The notes below the pieces were generated by a model, which was not told the origin of the DNA, did not search any database, and saw nothing but the letters and a program-made list of their open reading frames with translations. The translations under genes and the position numbers were made by a program. From an uncultured bacterium (GTDB lineage: Bacteria; Auribacterota; JACPWU01), in NCBI GenBank assembly GCA_964640155.1, contig CAZXEQ010000001.1:231256-263255 (forward strand): 32,000 nt of DNA, read 5' to 3'. This document shows positions 27,225-32,000 of the stretch, one piece after another (within the stretch, counting starts at the first letter, position 1; every line of letters begins with the position of its first letter).

Positions 27225-27272
27225 CTTATACTTATCTTACTTTATCTTACTAAAGTTATACTTTATATTCAA
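27225..27272 (-). promoter_or_regulatory. Candidate promoter of the toxin-antitoxin pair overlapped by short direct repeats (putative antitoxin operator)
   Basis: Minus strand: TTGAAT (27267-27272), 17 nt, TAAGAT (27244-27249). TTATCTTAC is repeated at 27232-27240 and 27242-27250, flanked by TTATAC at 27226-27231 and 27256-27261. Confidence 0.35.
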
Positions 27273-27331
27273 TCCTATAAATTATTCACATATTGTACTG
27301 ATCAAATGGAGGTGTATAATATAGGAGATAT

Positions 27332-28210
27332 ATGTACTCTGGACGTGACACCATCATTATTCCTCCACCCCAGGCTTCTCAAGGCCGAAACAACGAAAGC
27401 GCCTGCTTAGTCATTATCTCTGGAAATCCTATTGGAAAAGTTTTCTTTCTAGAAAAAGAAAATATCATCGGAAGATCTGAAGAAGATACGGTCTACCTAG
27501 CAGACCCCTCCATTTCACGTATTCATGCAAAATTAAATTTTCATGAAGGCCAATGGCAACTTCAAGACATGGGAAGCAGTAATGGAACGCATGTCAATTT
27601 CTCTAAGATTACAGAAAAAATTTTACAGGGAGGAGAAACCCTTACGGTTGGAGCAACTTCATTAAAATTCTTAGTCGCCAATAAAATTGAAAAAGATTTT
27701 TACGAACGTGTTTTCAATATGACTTCCAAAGACGCTTTGACGGAGGCTTTCACAAAATCTTTTCTCTTGGAAATTGTAGCAAGTGAATTTGCTCGTGCAC
27801 TCCTTCACCAAAAACCTCTTTCCTTTTGCATGATGGACCTAGACAATTTCAAAAATTGCAATGATCAATATGGACATTTAGCAGGAGATTTCATTTTAAA
27901 AGAGTGGATTAATCTTTTACGTCAAAGCATTCGTTCTTCAGATATTTTGGGCCGCTTTGGAGGAGAAGAATTTGGGCTTCTTTTACCAAACCAAACACTT
28001 GCTCAAGCTGAACAAACGATCAAACGTCTCATGCAAAAAACTCACGGACATACTTTTACTTATGAAGGGGAGGTAATTTCCATTACTTTCAGCGCAGGTC
28101 TTTCAACATTAGAGCCACAAATTCATGATTTTGAAAATTTGCTCAAAAAAGCAGATGAGAATCTATATAAAGCAAAGGCAAAGGGAAGAAATTGTTATGT
28201 ATCAAGATAG
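27332..28210 (+). CDS. FHA-domain diguanylate cyclase (GGDEF)
   Basis: N-terminal FHA pattern (IIGRSEEDTVYLADPSISRIHAKL...GSSNGTHVN). GGDEF domain with an intact GGEEF site and RSSD (RxxD I-site) 5 residues upstream. TAGGAGA SD. Confidence 0.88.
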   Translation: MYSGRDTIIIPPPQASQGRNNESACLVIISGNPIGKVFFLEKENIIGRSEEDTVYLADPSISRIHAKLNFHEGQWQLQDMGSSNGTHVNFSKITEKILQGGETLTVGATSLKFLVANKIEKDFYERVFNMTSKDALTEAFTKSFLLEIVASEFARALLHQKPLSFCMMDLDNFKNCNDQYGHLAGDFILKEWINLLRQSIRSSDILGRFGGEEFGLLLPNQTLAQAEQTIKRLMQKTHGHTFTYEGEVISITFSAGLSTLEPQIHDFENLLKKADENLYKAKAKGRNCYVSR

Positions 28211-28214
28211 TAAT

Positions 28215-28262
28215 AAGTCATAAGTTGTAAGGTATAAACAGATTATTCTTTACTTACGACTT
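28215..28262. terminator. Weak inverted repeat between convergent genes; possible bidirectional terminator
   Basis: aagtcataagt (28215-28225) / acttacgactt (28252-28262): 11 bp with 1 mismatch, 26-nt loop, AT-rich, no clear U-run. Confidence 0.2.
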
Positions 28263-28267
28263 ACCTC

Positions 28268-28642
28268 TTATAACTGCTTTTCAACCACATCCACCGCTAC
28301 CATCGAAGAACTTCCGGCGACAACACCAATGGGACGACCTTGAATATGAATTCTATCACCAGGCTTAAGCATTAAAAGAAATTCCTTTGCATCTTCGGAA
28401 ATATAAAAACGAACAGGAATACTTTCACATTCTAAAAGCATCATTTCTTTTTGAGTTTGATCTAATACATGCGGAGAAGGAGATTCTTCAAAAGATTCAA
28501 AAACACCTTCGTAATGGAGCGTATCTGACCTTGAAGCTTGATTGCCTACTGCATTTCTCCAACATGGGCGGCCTTCTTCTGCATACAAAGGCAAAACCCA
28601 TATCGAAACTCCTAAACTCAAAAGATAAAAGATCTTTTTCAC
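28268..28642 (-). CDS. Small exported protein, unknown function
   Basis: 124 aa with signal peptide MKKIFYLLSLGVSIWVLPLYA. GTG start overlapping the upstream stop (GTGA). Confidence 0.6.
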   Translation of the reverse strand: MKKIFYLLSLGVSIWVLPLYAEEGRPCWRNAVGNQASRSDTLHYEGVFESFEESPSPHVLDQTQKEMMLLECESIPVRFYISEDAKEFLLMLKPGDRIHIQGRPIGVVAGSSSMVAVDVVEKQL

Positions 28643-29454
28643 AATGAATCCTCATCATCAGTATCTTCAACCTCATCGATAGGTTCCAAAGGTGAAATAG
28701 GGACGGGGCTTCGCCACACCAATCTTGCCCAAAATTTACGTAAGTATTTCAAGAAAATGACAAAATCTTTAGGCAAGGGAGCTTCTACCGTAAAAGAATT
28801 TTCTTCTAAATCAAGAAAGGTCAATGACCTCGCATGTAAGGCAAGACGCCCCATCAAAGGTTTTTCTGGCTCCTTCTCTTTTCGTTTGTAAAAACGTTTC
28901 ATTTCAGAAAGATAATAGGCTTTACCTGAACCATACCAGGGATCACAAATAACAGGACAACCTAAAGATTTCATATGCACACGAATTTGATGTTGTCGCC
29001 CTGTAAGAGGATGCACCTTTAGATAAGTGACCCCTTTAAAGCGCTCCAAAACTTCATATTCTGTGAGGGCATCTTTGGCAGCTTTTCCTTTAATCACCAT
29101 ACGACCTGGCTGTTTTGGACTTTCTGAAAGACTCAGATGAATACTCCCTTTATCCTCAGGAATATCCCCTTCTGTAAATACGTCATAAAATTTTTCTACG
29201 TGCCGCCCCTGAAATTGCTTTTCTAAATGGGTTCTTGCCTTTGCTGTTTTAGCAAATAAAATAATGCCGCTAGCATCTCTATCCAATCGATGAACAGGCC
29301 AAGCCACTTTTCCCAAATATTCTTGAACTCGTCCCATCAATGTAGGCTCATCTTTATCCCATCGATCTCTAACCACCAAAAGTCCAGAAGGCTTATCTAG
29401 CGCTAGAAAGGTTTCATTTTCGTGAATAATGCTTAATGGATTGATTATTTTCAT
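28639..29454 (-). CDS. RluA-family pseudouridine synthase
   Basis: Catalytic motif HRLDRDASGIILFAKT and GRQHQIRVH. No S4 domain. Acidic C-terminal tail. Confidence 0.88.
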   Translation of the reverse strand: MKIINPLSIIHENETFLALDKPSGLLVVRDRWDKDEPTLMGRVQEYLGKVAWPVHRLDRDASGIILFAKTAKARTHLEKQFQGRHVEKFYDVFTEGDIPEDKGSIHLSLSESPKQPGRMVIKGKAAKDALTEYEVLERFKGVTYLKVHPLTGRQHQIRVHMKSLGCPVICDPWYGSGKAYYLSEMKRFYKRKEKEPEKPLMGRLALHARSLTFLDLEENSFTVEAPLPKDFVIFLKYLRKFWARLVWRSPVPISPLEPIDEVEDTDDEDSL

Positions 29455-29538
29455 GGGCCAGATAATACCCTAAAATTGGTCATAAATATAGGGAAATAAA
29501 GAAGTTATGAAACCTAAAATAAAGATTTTTAAATATGA

Positions 29539-29568
29539 TTGACACCACAATATATTGTATTATATATT
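29539..29568 (+). promoter_or_regulatory. Candidate nrdJ promoter
   Basis: Perfect TTGACA (29539-29544) with TATATA/TATATT 16-18 nt downstream (29561-29568). NrdR box 1 fills the spacer. Confidence 0.55.
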
Positions 29569-29592
29569 AACAACATACACTAAATATTGTGG
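29545..29592 (+). promoter_or_regulatory. Tandem NrdR boxes
   Basis: ccACAATATATTGTat (29545-29560) and acACTAAATATTGTGg (29577-29592). Each matches about 14/16 positions of the NrdR palindrome as I recall it (acaCwAtATaTwGtgt). Box starts are 32 bp apart. Confidence 0.7.
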
Positions 29593-29681
29593 TTTTATCA
29601 TTTAAAGCGTGAAAGGGGGAAGCGCTATTTTTTGCCCTAAAATCTAAATTCCAATTATAACCTTTAAACCGGGGGGTTAAG

Positions 29682-32000
29682 ATGAAAGAATCCAGAAAAC
29701 TGGGGGCTTTGTCTCATGGCAATATCAATGGAAACGGAAATGGAGCTGAGCGCATTCAAAAAAACGGAGGGCTTACGCTTAAAAGAGTTTTTACTCAAAA
29801 AGATGTTCATCCCTTCGATGAAATTACTTGGGAAAAGAGAAGTGCATCTATTTCCAATGAGCATGGCCAGATTTTTTTTGAACAAAAAGACGTAGAAGTT
29901 CCTTCCTTTTGGTCTCAAACAGCGACCAACATTGTCGTTCAAAAATACTTCAAAGGTCAAATTAATACACCCCAAAGAGAATCCAGTGTTAAACAACTGA
30001 TTACACGCGTTGCTGCAACGATTGCCGGTTGGGGAAAAGCTCAAGGATATTTTGCTTCATCTGAAGATGCTGAAATTTTTGAAATGGAGCTCACCCATCT
30101 TCTGGTTTTTCAGAAACTTGCTTTTAACAGTCCCGTTTGGTTCAACGTAGGTATTGAGAAAAAGCCTCAGTGCTCTGCTTGTTTTATTAATTCTGTTCAA
30201 GACACCATGGAATCAATTTTAAATTTGGCCAAAACCGAAGGCATGCTTTTTAAATGGGGATCCGGAACTGGGTCTAATCTCTCCCCCATTCGCTCCTCAA
30301 GAGAACAACTCTCAGGTGGAGGTATTGCTTCAGGACCTGTTTCCTTTATGAAAGGTTTTGATTCTTTTGCAGGTGTCATTAAATCAGGAGGGAAAACCCG
30401 TCGGGCTGCAAAAATGGTGATTCTCAATTCAGATCATCCTGACATTGTTGATTTTATTAAGTCTAAATCCGATGAAGAGAAAAAAGCATGGGCTCTGATT
30501 GACTCTGGTTATGATGGCAATTTCAATGTAAAAGGTGGAGCTTATGATTCCGTCCAATTCCAAAATGCAAATCATTCTGTTCGCGTCACAGATGAATTTA
30601 TGAAAGCTGTTTTGGAAGATAAAGAATATCAGACCAAAGCGATTGTCGATGGAAGACCCATGGATACTTATAAAGCTCGTGAGCTTCTCAAAATGATTTC
30701 TGAGTCTACTCACATTTGCGGAGATCCCGGCATGCAGTTCGATACCACGATTAATGATTGGCACACTTGTCCCAACACAGCTCGAATCAATGCCTCCAAT
30801 CCTTGCAGCGAATATATGTTCTTGGATGATTCAGCGTGTAATCTGGCATCTTTAAATTTAATGAAGTTTAGGACAACAGAAGGTGAATTTAATGTGGACA
30901 CCTTCTCTTTTGCTGCGCATATTTCTATTTTGGCTCAAGAAATTATTGTAGACAATGCAAGCTATCCTACACCAGCGATTGAACGAAACAGCCATGACTA
31001 CCGCCCTCTAGGGTTAGGCTATGCAAATCTGGGCGCACTTTTGATGGCACGAGGCATTCCCTATGACAGTGAAGAAGGAAGAGCTACCACAAGCATTATC
31101 ACGGCCATTATGCACGGTCAGGCTTATAAAACTTCTAGTCTCATTGCGATGCATGTAGGCCCTTTTAAAGGCTATTCCAAAAATGCTCAAGCCATGCTTG
31201 GCGTGATTAAAAAACATGCCAGCGCTGTAGAGAATATTAATCCGAGTCTCATTGCCTCTTATCTTTTGGAAAAAGCCCGAGCGATTTGGCAGGATACTTA
31301 TGCCATTGGAAGCGAATATGGATATCGCAATTCTCAAGTCACTGTGCTCGCGCCAACAGGAACCATTGGATTTATGATGGACTGCGATACGACAGGCATT
31401 GAGCCAGATATTGCACTTGTGAAATACAAAAAACTTGTGGGCGGAGGTTTAATCAAGATTGTAAATCAAACTGTTCCAGAAGCCCTTAAAAGACTGGGAT
31501 ACAGCGAATCCGACATCACAGAGATTGTCGCTTTTATCGATAAAAACGATACCATTGAAGGAGCCCCTCATTTAGCTGAAAACCATTTGAATGTTTTTGA
31601 TTGTGCATTCAAAGCCATGAAAGGAAAACGATCCATTCATTACATGGGACATATTCGAATGATGGCAGCTGTTCAACCTTTCATTTCGGGTGCTATTTCA
31701 AAAACGGTGAATCTTCCCAATGAAGCTTCTGTTGATGAAATCATGGAAGCCTATATTCAATCCTGGAAACTTGGTTTAAAAGCTGTTGCAATTTATCGCG
31801 ATGGATCCAAGCGCACTCAACCTCTTTCAACTTCCATCAATGACGGAAAAAAACAGGAAGCAAAAGCTAAACCTAATCGCAGACGACTCCTCGATGAAAG
31901 ACAAGCCATCACTCATAAATTCACAGTTGCTGGGCATGAAGGCTATATCACCGCTGGACTTTATGAAGATGGAACGCCTGGGGAAATTTTTGTTACGATG
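29682..32000 (+). CDS. nrdJ: Class II (adenosylcobalamin-dependent) ribonucleotide reductase, partial; continues beyond the right edge
   Basis: Not in the track (no stop in the window). My translation from ATG 29682 stays open to 32000 (773 codons) and contains WSQTATNIVVQKYF, SACFINSV, GSGTGSNLS, NPCSEYMFLDDSACNLASLNL, VLAPTGTIGFMMDCDTTGIEPD and ISKTVNLP. The track ORFs at 29664-31337(-) are antisense artefacts. Confidence 0.93.
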   Translation, partial: MKESRKLGALSHGNINGNGNGAERIQKNGGLTLKRVFTQKDVHPFDEITWEKRSASISNEHGQIFFEQKDVEVPSFWSQTATNIVVQKYFKGQINTPQRESSVKQLITRVAATIAGWGKAQGYFASSEDAEIFEMELTHLLVFQKLAFNSPVWFNVGIEKKPQCSACFINSVQDTMESILNLAKTEGMLFKWGSGTGSNLSPIRSSREQLSGGGIASGPVSFMKGFDSFAGVIKSGGKTRRAAKMVILNSDHPDIVDFIKSKSDEEKKAWALIDSGYDGNFNVKGGAYDSVQFQNANHSVRVTDEFMKAVLEDKEYQTKAIVDGRPMDTYKARELLKMISESTHICGDPGMQFDTTINDWHTCPNTARINASNPCSEYMFLDDSACNLASLNLMKFRTTEGEFNVDTFSFAAHISILAQEIIVDNASYPTPAIERNSHDYRPLGLGYANLGALLMARGIPYDSEEGRATTSIITAIMHGQAYKTSSLIAMHVGPFKGYSKNAQAMLGVIKKHASAVENINPSLIASYLLEKARAIWQDTYAIGSEYGYRNSQVTVLAPTGTIGFMMDCDTTGIEPDIALVKYKKLVGGGLIKIVNQTVPEALKRLGYSESDITEIVAFIDKNDTIEGAPHLAENHLNVFDCAFKAMKGKRSIHYMGHIRMMAAVQPFISGAISKTVNLPNEASVDEIMEAYIQSWKLGLKAVAIYRDGSKRTQPLSTSINDGKKQEAKAKPNRRRLLDERQAITHKFTVAGHEGYITAGLYEDGTPGEIFVTM

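Noticed and set aside
29455-29681. Cobalamin riboswitch or attenuator upstream of nrdJ (including the small stem AGCG...CGCT followed by T6 at 29606-29633)
   Set aside because: I could not find a B12-box-like conserved core. The stem is only 4 bp. NrdR boxes explain the conserved palindromes.
29664-31337. Minus-strand track ORFs 29664-30044, 30197-30427, 30429-30764, 30710-30901 and 31014-31337
   Set aside because: All are antisense to the uninterrupted nrdJ frame, which carries unmistakable class II RNR motifs.
29682-32000. Possible intein in nrdJ
   Set aside because: The visible 773 residues read as contiguous RNR sequence through the catalytic motifs. There is no Cys/Ser-initiated insertion with homing-endonuclease-like content.
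1-32000. CRISPR arrays, tRNA/rRNA genes, IS elements, integrases, phage genes, defence-island signatures
   Set aside because: No evenly spaced direct repeats, no cloverleaf-like or rRNA-like segments in the few intergenic gaps, and no transposase-like or recombinase-like ORFs on either strand.

Overview
AT-rich bacterial chromosomal segment. Hand counts of sample 60-nt lines give about 40-45% GC in core genes. It is almost fully coding, and I saw no rRNA, tRNA, CRISPR array, transposase or integrase. Phylum cannot be assigned from this window.

Gene content, left to right:
1. 1-3837(-): an ORF of more than 1279 codons that is missing from the supplied track because it runs off the left edge.
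2. 4073-14226(-): one long co-oriented phosphate block. In transcription order it is three membrane proteins, phoB, phoR, a second OmpR-family regulator, small ORFs, pstSCAB and phoU.
3. A YgfZ-like folate-binding protein (+) convergent with a TPP-dependent keto-acid decarboxylase (-).
4. A stand-alone nuoJKLMN module (+).
5. leuC-leuD, an M20 peptidase and a RelE/ParE-RHH toxin-antitoxin pair, all (-).
6. An FHA-GGDEF cyclase (+), then a small exported protein coupled to an RluA-family pseudouridine synthase (-).
7. A partial class II ribonucleotide reductase gene nrdJ (+), preceded by a promoter with tandem NrdR boxes.

I do not see a convincing new multi-gene defence or enzymatic system. 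The unusual content is:
- the giant ORF, whose two halves have opposite base composition and meet exactly at an internal ATG plus Sec signal peptide;
- two families of GC-rich, roughly 100-125 nt full-length hairpin repeats that show compensatory arm changes between copies, plus one expanded 196-nt variant. They sit in intergenic and intra-operon positions, with one donating the phoR stop codon;
- opposed arrays of 7-bp repeats bracketing the pstB-phoU spacer, which could occlude the phoU ribosome-binding site.

All product calls come from motif recognition by eye. No searches or folding programs were run.
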